This document shows, piece after piece, positions 52,501-62,500 of a stretch of 64,000 nucleotides of DNA. The stretch's first letter is position 1, and each line of letters begins with the position of its first letter. A program made the translations under genes and the position numbers. The notes beneath the pieces were generated by a model. The model had not been told where the DNA came from. It worked only from the letters and a program-made list of their open reading frames with translations, and did not search any database. Source of the stretch: Antedon mediterranea. Its lineage: Eukaryota > Animalia > Echinodermata. The stretch spans positions 33,362,437 to 33,426,436 of the forward strand of contig NC_092672.1 in NCBI RefSeq assembly GCF_964355755.1, given 5' to 3'.

Positions 52501-55238
52501 CCACATAAAGATCATTTTAAAAGCGATAACATAAGTTAAGACACACACAATTACCATTTGTTAAAGCTGTTACTGTTGCATGGAATCCTCTATATGTCTT
52601 ACTAGAGTCCGTGTAGAAACGTATCCACAGTGTCGAGTTTTCGGAAATTATAGAATGAATGGTGGATGAACCTGTGAAAGTATACTCATAACTGTTTTCT
52701 TCAAACCCAACATACAGATAATCCCATCTATACTCTAGTTGAAAGTCGTTGAACTGAAGGAGAATGACAAACTCTGATGAGGTGGACACTGTCCATTCGC
52801 AATTTAAATTGTTGTAGTAATTATTCGGATAATTTGGAGACGAAAATGAATATAAAACATTCGCATCCTCAAGATATATATTGGTTATGCATTCTGAAAA
52901 ATATAACAAAAAATTAAAGAGTAAAGTAGTTATTATCCAGTGACAGTTTAAGTTTGGTCATCCAGGTAAGTAAATATATATTTAATTATTTATAATAAGT
53001 GAGAGAAAAAAAAAACTACTTCTTTCTTTCGTCAAATTGACAAATGAAATTAAACAAAGGGGCACAAAAAAGGAAAAAAAGAACAGTCTTAAAGCAATTG
53101 TGAAGTACTAATGTTTTAAATAGTTTGAAATAAGTATTTGTTTGTATTTTGTTTTAAATGAATTATTTATGATGGGTATTTCCTTTAGAGACAAAAGAGT
53201 AGTGGGCCAATGATTGACCCTTGACCCCACAGGTAACATGCAAGAGTTGAGAATTGGTTGAGTGTATTAAGTATATTGTTAGCGAAATGATAAGTAGTCT
53301 TTTAAAAGTAGTAGTGGAAGGCCTCTGAAATAATAATGTTATGATTTATGGTGTCAAATGCTTTGGACTAATCTAAAAAAATACCGATAGTATGGTGCTT
53401 GTTTGTTTGTTACTTGGCCAAATTGAAAATTGGCCAAGTATGTTGATCTGTTTGGTGTGTTTGTTACTTGGCCAAATTGAAAATTGGCCAAGTATGTTGG
53501 TTGGTGCGGTTTGTGTGTGTGTGTGTGTGGGTGTGTGTGTGCCTGTGAACAGCCTGGAGGCCACAGTTGTTATCCGATTCTCACCAAATTTGGCCACAAT
53601 GATCTATACCCCAAAAGCTTGGATGAGTTCGAATTTGAAGGGAAACGGTCATAGGTCAAGGTCACAACTAACAAAATACTATTTTACTGCCCAGAGACCA
53701 CAGTTTTTATCCGATTCTCACCAAAGTTAGCCACAATGATCAATGACTCATCATATAATTTTGGTTAAATTTTGAAGGGTCAGGGTCAAAGATCAAGGTC
53801 CTAAAAAAAAAATAAAAAAATAATAAAAAAAAAACCCTCAGTGGGACTTGAACCAGCGATTTCAACTGTGAGAGGCTGGATACATAACCATTACACCAAA
53901 CTCTCATCCACAACTTTGTAGTGTGCAGTTAGCCTTTTTACACTTTTAAAACTAATAAACAAAATTTTAAAAAATATATATATATTTTCCGGACACATTT
54001 TATGTAGGGGAATTTTACAGTAGGTGGAGGTTTGTACTCTCCGAGTACCCTCTAGTTATATATAATTTATCCAGAATTAATTAAGTATGATTTCAGTGAC
54101 ATTGCAGTAATTTACACACTAATGACACCCACAGAGTTGATCCCTCTCAAAATAACCAAATGTACTCAGTTTTGAATACTTTAAACTACTTATATAATAA
54201 TTAAGAATAGTTTACAACTAATGAAATTGAGAAAGACCAACATACTTTGTCATACAAACAATACAAAAAACAAATTTTGAAAATTCTAAACAACCATTTT
54301 ATTATAGAAATAATATCAATGGTATTGATGGCTACTGCTGCATTTTGTCAATCGAATGTATTCAAAGTGAACTGAGAGAGATAAACATAATGCTACTGAA
54401 ATAAAAAAATATTATGAACGTATTGATTGGATAAATGACGACGATACTGAAATAAAATCTGGTTAAATGTACATGAATCAAAATAATTGCATGTGAACAC
54501 AATAACAACAAATACAGAATTTGGGAAAATATGATTAGGCCTACAACCAGAGAGACTTTTTCTTCGGTAGAAAATGAAAAACTGCAAAGTTGGAAGGTAT
54601 GGTGGATACTTTTCAATATAGCACGAAAATAAAAATCTGAAGTTGAAAAGGCCTAAATACACCAAAAATAAAAAAAAACTCAAGTTATAAATATTATCTT
54701 CAGTCATTTTTTAACACACTGTTTTTATTTTTTTCAGATTTTTAAAAGATAACTCTTTTATAAAAGAATATATACTTTACTGTTCTCTCCTAACTGATAA
54801 GAATGTTAGGGAAGAAAAAACCCACAATTATATGATAAAGGGAAAACTATAGAGATTAATAATTAAAACGTTTGATCAATAAATGGTTTGCCCGCACCTA
54901 GCGACTTGGACACTCAACGCAATTCGCCGCAACCCAACGTCGACTGCTAGAAATCAGAACTAAAATAAATGTATAGTTTTAATTTATTTCAGCAACACGA
55001 AGCAGCTAGCGTCCTACAGCATGGTGAAACATGTTCATAGCTGTGAAGGCAATGTACAAAATATACTATCGGAATATATAACGCAGCGTTTTAAGAATTA
55101 TGTTTAATTTTTAAGTCTAAAAAAATAAGACATGATAGTTCAAGCATCACTAGTAATTGTAGGCTACTTACCACATGAGTCAGATTGACAAACTGTAATT
55201 ACTACTGCTAAATATGTTAGACCTAATGCAGTACGCAT
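31556..55238 (-). CDS. Adhesion GPCR paralog D, intact (SP - CUB - short mucin - GAIN/GPS - 7TM), about 820 aa
   Basis: 12 phase-compatible exons: 55172-55238 (MRTALGLTYLAVVITVCQSDSC), 52555-52893 (CUB), 38412-38657 (15-aa repeats), 37903-37940, 37325-37471, 34567-34885, 34251-34423, 33677-33832 (GPS), 33410-33525, 32885-33150, 32302-32368, 31556-32084. Total 2463 nt. Confidence 0.85.
32495..32800. repeat. Intronic minisatellite (AAACGCGGAAAGGAC-type units)
   Basis: Repeated 15/21-bp units; the same family lies at 61320-61550 in the equivalent intron of paralog E. Confidence 0.85.
33295..33353. mobile_element. Tiny palindromic MITE-like element
   Basis: GCTTTCACAT...ATGTGAAAGC terminal inverted repeat. 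Confidence 0.45.
33964..34200. mobile_element. MITE-like element
   Basis: Imperfect TIRs TTTTCCATTTGTTGAATTCATTCGCGCGAA / TTCGCGCGAACAAATTCGCCTATTGGAAAA; related partial copies at ~57672-57790 and ~30820-30960. Confidence 0.55.
35048..35152 (+). mobile_element. Small Helentron/DINE-like non-autonomous element (second copy 36057-36181)
   Basis: Two related copies: ...ACGCGACTCTACAGCTCACTCT-(GGTC/GGTT)n-GCGACTGCAGCCAT...CCTTGTT, in T-rich sites. Confidence 0.5.
35310..36300. mobile_element. Non-autonomous DNA element with long terminal hairpin and internal inverted repeat
   Basis: Palindrome GGTGAATGATGAAAGGTTA...TAACCTTTCATCATTCACC (35349-35417); 35470-35505 is inverted relative to 36262-36298. 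Confidence 0.45.
36355..37295. repeat. 29-bp minisatellite, about 32 copies, abutting a GAIN exon donor
   Basis: Unit ATGGTTTGAACAAGTTATGCTATTTGCT(A)-like. Confidence 0.93.
37573..37727. mobile_element. MITE with 17-bp TIRs
   Basis: GCTCTGTCTACACTATC ... GATAGTGTAGACAGAGC; partial copy at ~30990-31068. Confidence 0.7.
38740..42531 (+). mobile_element. Near full-length CR1-type LINE (ORF1 C-terminus, APE endonuclease, RT)
   Basis: ORF1 38743-39216 (RLGK...PRLLKV...IYVTPDLT); APE 39413-40360 (YTNVDG, ITE, YRSP, GDFN, SDH); frameshift in a T-run near 40340; RT 40434-42353 (DFSKAFD, PQGSVLGP, FADD); 3' tail (ACAGGTGATT)x3 at 42502-42531. Confidence 0.92.
44620..47590 (+). mobile_element. L2/CR1-group LINE RT fragment inserted between gag and protease of the Gypsy element, itself split by a second LINE
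   Basis: NYRPISVLP, LDFKKAFD, PQGSIVGP, YADDT (44880-45449); continues 45512-45750 and resumes at 46946-47188 (YKVL...APPYL...WNSL) with a 3' UTR; several stops and frameshifts. Confidence 0.8.
45750..46935 (+). mobile_element. 5'-truncated CR1-type LINE nested in the preceding LINE
   Basis: PQGSVLGPILF, FADDTK, YKSLVRPILE, RGHEYKL, WNNLP; 3' tail (ATCAAGCAAGT)x2 at ~46910-46933. Confidence 0.85.
49266..49279 (-). promoter_or_regulatory. Primer-binding site resembling tRNA-Pro PBS, adjacent to the Gypsy 5' LTR
   Basis: TGGGGGGTCATCCG lies a few nt downstream of the LTR end ...CCCGTAACA; compare canonical TGGGGGCTCGTCCG. Confidence 0.65.
49430..51990. repeat. Tandem array of about 640-740-bp Helentron/DINE-like units with repeated hairpin ACTTGGCCAAATTGAAAATTGGCCAAGT and (TGTT)n/(TG)n
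   Basis: Units end at GCGCTATGCGCGAAGGCTAGTT (~50391, ~51127, ~51769); hairpin repeated 5-6 times at 49570-49740 and 50400-50490. Confidence 0.75.
52555..52893 (-). CDS. CUB domain exon of paralog D
   Basis: FSSPNYPNNYYNNLNCEW...LQFNDFQLE..WDYLYV...WIRFYTDSSKTYRGFHA, a classic CUB consensus; phase 1-1. Confidence 0.9.
53401..54056 (-). mobile_element. Helentron/DINE-like element with tRNA-like core; chimeric terminus
   Basis: Body is the inverted copy of 14162-14660, but the terminus carries the TTGGCCAA hairpin of the 49430-51990 family. Confidence 0.65.
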
Positions 55239-56274
55239 TGTGTGGCGCTCCGGAGGATAGGTGGTACATTCATTAACGTATTGCGGGAGTAATGAATTTT
55301 CTATAAAAGAGTCATCGTTAAAGTAGTTCAAGTCTGTATCCGAGTATGAGACCTATTGGTCAAACTCAACTTTTTGATTGGATCGACGCTAAAATAATTA
55401 TGTAAACCCGTTTGTATGAGGAGCGAACAACTGTATGTTGTTTCTTTGAATGCAAACAATATTAAACTTGTACAAGTTTGCTTTACAGATATTAGCTTGC
55501 TTAAAAACATAATGAAATTTATGATATAAACAATCAATCCATCTCTTTTAAAAAGCGTCTTCGTGGTTTTTTCTTTATCGTAAAATTTAAACCAAGAATC
55601 CTTTTCTAAGCTATACCGTACTAATTTATGTATATTTCGAATGTTTTAATGTTGTAGTTCGATGCAATTATTGTATATTATAGAATAGTCTCTGCTTTTT
55701 TCTTGAATATACAGTAGTAGCTGCTGAATCTTATTGGCCTGTAATTTAGTATTCCGATCAACAAACACATTTGCTTTCATTGGGGCCTCCAAGGCTTGGT
55801 AATTGCATTTAAGGCTGCTCATGTTCTGGGACCCCTTAAGCCTTGGCTTTCTGTAATTAGCCAGTGTGTGCTCATAGCGACCGTTATGCCATAGTTTCAC
55901 CGATATACCAAAATCTTATATGAATAAATATATTTGCAATTTAGAGTTCTACATTTCTTGCTTGTATTCAATATAAACACAATGTAATATTATTATTATT
56001 ATACAAAGAATGAATTATGTAAGATAAAGAGGATAAAATATTCAGTTGAAAGATGACTGTCATATTTATCTGTCTGATCACAGTTTATAGAGTCAATAAC
56101 GTTCCCATGAATATGTAAATCGATATTTATTTGTTTGCTATAGAAAATAAAGTTTGTTCATCAAACTTAATTAATTTACAATTAGCTTTGTAAGACAAGT
56201 TGTTCAACTACAGTATATCACACTCGGCACGGTGACAGATTGTCTGAAACTGAGGGCGGTATATTCGTAAATTT

Positions 56275-56597
56275 GTATGTGTATTGTTTGTTTTATCTTT
56301 ATACTGGGTGACCTCTTCAGTCAAAGACTGATCTCCCAGAGGGCCCAGTTGGTGATCAGTGGCTGTGATGTACTAATACACCGGGGTAACCCCCTACTCG
56401 TCTCGAAAGATGTACTAGGTTCTTTAAAGTGCACACGAGCAAGTTGTGTACACTGGACCTACGGTTTATAGTCCTTATCCGAGAAGACTCGTTCTACCAC
56501 CAGAACCATGGAGTGAGTGAGCCTCGAACCCCTGCCGATGTTATGGCTACGTGATTACGGTTCCACTGTCTTAACCGCTCGGCCACTCACTCACTCG
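56275..56597 (-). mobile_element. tRNA-derived SINE with Meta/MESC-type central domain (MetaSINE-like)
   Basis: Head GTGGCCGAGCGGTTAAG...GGGTTCGAGGC; core TCTTCTCGGATAAGGACTATAAACCGTAGGTCC...GCACTTTAAAGAACC; A/C-rich tail. Confidence 0.75.
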
Positions 56598-58699
56598 TAT
56601 GGTTGATACGTATTTCGTTGTCATATTTATCGGTCGGAACAACAAAGTTTATAGAGTCAATAACGTCTCCATGAATTTGTAAATCAATATTTAAATGTTT
56701 GCGATAGAAAAGGACGTTAATTTAATTAAATTTACAATAAACTTTGTACGATAAGTTGTTTAACTATATCACACTTGACACGGTGACAGCTTGTCTGAAA
56801 CTGAGGGCGGTATATTAGTAAATATTTACGTGTGTGGCTGATATTTGGTTCATACACTTTGCATACCGTAAGAACTGGTAGAAATCACTCGTATCACTGT
56901 ATTGACCGTTGGATGAATATCGAAATTGTAACCTTTCGTAGAATACCACCCCCACCCAACCCCACTACAATGTTCTTCATATACGCCGCGATTTGTCGTA
57001 GTAGGCTATCGCATCACCAATATTTTTCTTGTGACACTATGTAACAACACTATTGCTATTTGACATGTGAAAGTAGAATAGGTCTAGTGTAGATACAATC
57101 GCTTTAACTTTGCACTAGTGAACACACTCAGCACATACCTTTACCTGATCATTACCAATATAAAGTGGCCTCACCATGAGGAGAAATTAATTGTAATAAG
57201 CGAACATTACGTTGAATTACTTACAATTAATTTCTCCTTATCTACTAACACAGAAGCTACATTATTTGATCATAAAAGCTCATTACAATCTTCTCGAGAA
57301 AATTTGCTGAAATATCATAGCGCGCCCTCAGGGTGGTAATTATCTCAGTTTCTGGGCCTTTAATTTATTTATTTTGTTTTTTCTGTAAATATAATTGTTT
57401 TTTTTTTATTATATAGTTATATTTCAATATACAAGTATGATAATAAAACAAAATCCGTCAAGGCTAATCAAGCATTACGTTTCTTCGAAATCAACTTGAA
57501 TCATCATTTCTTGCTGGTATTCAACGTAAAACACAACTTAATTTATGCTGAAATTATCCTGTGTGTATTTACAGTAAATTTATTATCATAACCTAATGTG
57601 AATGTCCGTAAGGTTGATTGATACACTGATACACTGTTTAGAAATTCTTTACCTCACAACAAGCAGAAAAGCCTGTTTTTTCCATTTGTGAATTTGTTCG
57701 CACGAATCGAATGCGTCAGCTTACATGTAGGCCTAAGCATGCATATCCATATTCATCTTTCAAATTCCTTTCCGCGAAGATTCTAAACCTCGTTCTAAAC
57801 GTATTTTTCATCGACAGTGGTTAAGCATCATAAGCATCGTGAAACAAGCCCATTTATAAAAAGTGGTGCTATATGATTTTTTCGCAATGTTATAAGGTAG
57901 GAATTGTATTGATATTCAATGACTTGTCATAAAAATTATTTCTAAATAAAACTGCCCCAAATTTATAATCAATTGGATTTAATTGAACACAACTTGCAGC
58001 TAAAAAGTTTACTTAAGTTTATCTAAAGTTGGTCCTTACGTGCTGCGTGAATATACTTAGTGCATTAAAATGAGTATGTATTTACAACATTTTTAATTAC
58101 ATTACATTACAAGTGTATGCATAAATTAGTTGGTAAATTACTCAACTGTACACATATCCACTGTTAGTGGCACTCTACCCGCCAAACAGATGCTTTATCT
58201 AATCGTACTTTATATACGTACGTTATATTTAAGGTGCTTATTTTATATTTCAGGTTGGAATGTTCGTCTCATTTATATTGTAACCCTAATGACACCAAAC
58301 TTTATATTCGTCGTTGAAGTGCGGTTCCACCACAGAATGCTGTAACTATAACTCGACCACCAAACAACCATTCATTGTTTTTAAAATGGTATAACTAGTT
58401 TCAATTTCTTAACGTCAACTTTAAAGGTACATTTGTTTGAGTTGTTTGTTGACACTGTTAATACACTGTTGCTGTTATCGTTATTTACTGCTCTATGTCA
58501 ATGATAACACCGCATTTACTTACAGAATCTATACAAAATATTTTGATGTTAATAGTCTTTCGATTTTTGATCCAGAAATCATCGCATGTACTCCTCACAT
58601 TAATTGTGAATACGTTAATCATGATCAATTTAATTATACATTTTCAAAGATAATAATACAAAAATGATATTTTAAGAATAATATTGATAATATTAGCAA

Positions 58700-59512
58700 C
58701 TATAAAGTATACTTACTACTATGTCACATTTATTCAGCAATATAAATATATTTACATTACAGGGATTTTACAGAGAAAAGTAATTGTCTGTAGTCGTAAG
58801 ACCCTTTAAAACAAAACAAATATTATTACAAAGAAAAAAAAATATAGGCAAAAGCATGAATACATATAATATATAACAAACTAATACAAATGTGTGTACA
58901 CTCACACTCACCACGCATAATATATGCATATTTATGAGTGAAGCATTTTAAGTGTTATATTTCGATAAAATGTCTCTTTTAACATATTTTTTTAGTATTT
59001 TATAAATTTTTTAAACAACATCTGTGTCATTTCTACAGAGCTCGTTCCATAGTTTTGGTCCATGTATACTGATGAAATGTTAAACAGACGTTAACCTAGA
59101 GAATATTTCGAATAGTAGTATTCCGATGGGTAGTATTTTCGTTTCTTTTGAATATCATTTGAATTCGTCTGGGTAAAACATTACTTCTAATCTGGGCCAT
59201 GAAACCATATGACGGTAACTCTGTAGTTATTTTATGTTGCCATGGCTTTTTAAATAGAATTCTAGCAGCCTTTTTCTGGAGCTTAAGAATTGATTCTAGT
59301 GTACTACCGTATCATATGGGGTAGAACTAGTGTATTATACAGATTTGTCTAATTTTTAATAATACTCCAACAGACCTAGCGGTTCTTTTGCTAATAAGCC
59401 TATTTTTCCAGCAACGATTCTCATTTATTACAACCCTAAGAAATGTTACGTTTTTCTTTTGTTCTAATGTAGTGTTATTCATTTTCATGTAGGTGATGGT
59501 CCGGTGTATACA
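58700..59512 (-). mobile_element. Degenerate LINE 3' fragment inserted in the last exon of paralog E
   Basis: Reads ...VTFLRVVINEN..WKN, LQKKAARI, GPKLWNEL across broken frames; directly abuts RQKEFK of the 7TM exon. Confidence 0.7.
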
Positions 59513-62500
59513 TAAATTTTAAATTCTTTCTGTCTAAATATGAACAAATAAAATATTGCAACTCCCTGGAAAGAGTTAAACACGCAGAACAACATTAGAA
59601 ACATATGGTCAGCTTTGCTCTCAAAAGACAGAAATCCGAAAACCCATGTCAGGCCTAAGAGCAAAGATATAGCGATAGCGTTGAAAACTCGTTTCTTCTT
59701 CTCCTTTAGAGTTACATTCTTCGATACGTCAGATCGCGAGCAGTATAAACTGTTAAGAATCAATACGAATATAATCGAGTTAAACACGATAGCAATTGCG
59801 ATTGGAATGAGAACAGCGTAGATGAAGATGTCGAATTCCTTTGTGTTGAGATAACAACTGTAATTAAAAAATAAATATAAATAATGTTTACTAGTTACGT
59901 CGGCCTACTGTTTTATAAGAAAGACCAACAAAGGACATTATATATCAATTGTCACATCATGACCAATTTATCACATCAAACCAATTGTCACATAAAGACC
60001 AATTTGTCACATAAGGACAAATTGTCACATAAAGACTAATATTCACATAAATACCAATTTGTTACATAAAGACCAATTTTCACATAAGGACCAATTTGTC
60101 AAATAAAGACCAATTTGTCAAATAAAAACCAATTTTCACATAAAGACCAATTTGTCACATAAAACCAATTGTCACATAAAGACCAATTTTCACATAAAGA
60201 CCAATTTTCACATAAAGACCAATTTTCACATACGGACCAATTTGTCACATAAGGACCAATTTTCACATAAGAACCAATTTTCACATATGGACCAATTTTC
60301 TCATAAAGACCAATTTTCACATACGGACCAATTTGTCACATGAGGACCAACTTGTCACATAAGGACCAATTTGTCACATAAAGACCAATTGCGACCAAAA
60401 TCACTAGAAACAGAATATAAATTACATAGATCTTAAACATTCACTCGAAATTACACAATCACTTGCCTATACTTTGAAATATGAAATGAAATATATAAAT
60501 CTTAGATTTTACTCATTTAACTACACATATTCTATTATTCACGTTTATTAAAATATCATTTTAACAATGTTAAACGGTATCGTATTAGTATAGACTTTTA
60601 TTGTTACGTCCATGCTAATTAGTTTTTGTAAATCCATCTTGGTTAGGAATTTAGAGAATAAATAATGACTGTTTTGGAGGACGGCGCTGTCTGTAAGGTG
60701 GGAAGTAACTTTAGAGTAATACTTACTAGTCTTTGTTTTCATAGAACGACAAATCTACTGATAGTAGAACTACCGGTGGAATGCAGGGAATACCTAAAAA
60801 AATCAAAATAATACTGTACCCATTAGTCATGAATGTAATTAACTAATTCGTGCATATCACATAGGCGGCTGTTAAAAGGCCAAACGAGAGTCTGGAGTTC
60901 ATACATTCTAGTAAAATATAACATCATGTGCACGATACAAACAAAACAACATGAAAACATCAACAAAAACACTATGAAAAGCACAATATGCGAAAAGGGC
61001 AAACAGATCCAACCTTAACAGAAAGGGCAAACGTAGAAAACTTTTGACTGTAGAGGGATTTCGGTCGATTTAACTGTTTTTACGCGCCGCTGAAGAAAAA
61101 CACAACCAGGTGCGATATAAATCAAAAGTCCGACGAAAGTGCTATGATTCCAATTATAAATTATAATTGCCGTAAAGATGATTACATTTCGATCAGTTTT
61201 ATTTTTTCCACAAAAAAAATTGATTAGGCCTAATCATTGAAAAAATGGCCATTTTAGTGGTTTTTGACGTGACGATCATCACTGCCGTATAATTGAATTT
61301 CGGTAATGAAGCACAGAAAATGCAAACGCAGATAGAGCAAAATCGGAATGGGCAAACGCGAAAAGGGCAAACGCAGGAAGAACAAACGCGGAAAGGACGA
61401 ACACGGAAAGTGGAAACGCGGAAAGGGCAAACGCGGAAAGGGCAAACGCGGAAAGGACAAACGCAGAAAGTGTAAACGCGGAAAGGGCAAACGCGAAAAG
61501 GGCAAACGCGGTAAGGGTAAACGCGGAAATGACAAACACGGACATTGAAACGAAAACAAAGAATTCAATATATTTAACTTACAGTAAATCATACTCACAA
61601 ATACACCATACAAATCAATCAATACGCACGCATCAAGTATTGACGTGCTACCTTACTACTACCTTTTATGATAATCGACGATAAGGATTATAATTATTTA
61701 AATGTTTGTCACTACCAACAATTCAATATACTTAACTTACTGTTCTTGACACTTACCCCAAGCAAAGATCATAAAAAACGGCAAAGACTTGGTGGTATCA
61801 GCGTTGAAAACTTTAACAAAAAACAAATACATATTGACTGCTTCCATGGATGTCCATGCGACAGACGTCAACAGAAAGTAATGTAACAATACAGCTATTG
61901 TTGTACAAGCCACAGTTCCTGGAGTTGCAGTAGCAATGCCACATGTGAATGTGAGATATAGACAAGTTAGTGAGATGGAAAGGTTTATTAGTATTTTCTG
62001 AGGTTGACGTTCGCGAAGAGTTCTGTTGAAAAAGAATAAGATTATTACTGCATGTATATTATACATCGCCCTGGATTATTTTATTTGGCAGCGCGGCTCT
62101 CCTTTTTAAATAAAACTCGAACTCGGAGTGCTTCTAATGGGAACCTCCATGTACCAAGAGTGAAGCGTGAATGCTGTAGGTTCCTTTAGTTATTTGGCTC
62201 CTAAATTGTATAATAAATATTATTAAATAATAATATAAAAAAAATGTTATATTTTTAATTATAGGCCTATATCATAAACTAAATTGTAGGCCTTTATTTT
62301 AATATTTTGTATTGCTTATATTTGTAAATACTATATTGTAATGTAATTTATTTTCCATATATATTTTATTGGAATTGAAGAGGGCCCTGAATATCAACTA
62401 TCAATTTGTCCAGCTGGAAGGGTTATCCTCTATAAAAATAAAAACAAAATTGTTTTACTATTTACATTGTTACTCAGAGTTGTAATTTTGTATGAACTTA

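Noticed and set aside
31556-55238. Assigning the symbol ADGRG6/GPR126 to paralog D
   Set aside because: CUB + GAIN + 7TM is reminiscent, but no pentraxin or hormone-binding domain is seen and the genes form a local expansion; orthology cannot be established by eye
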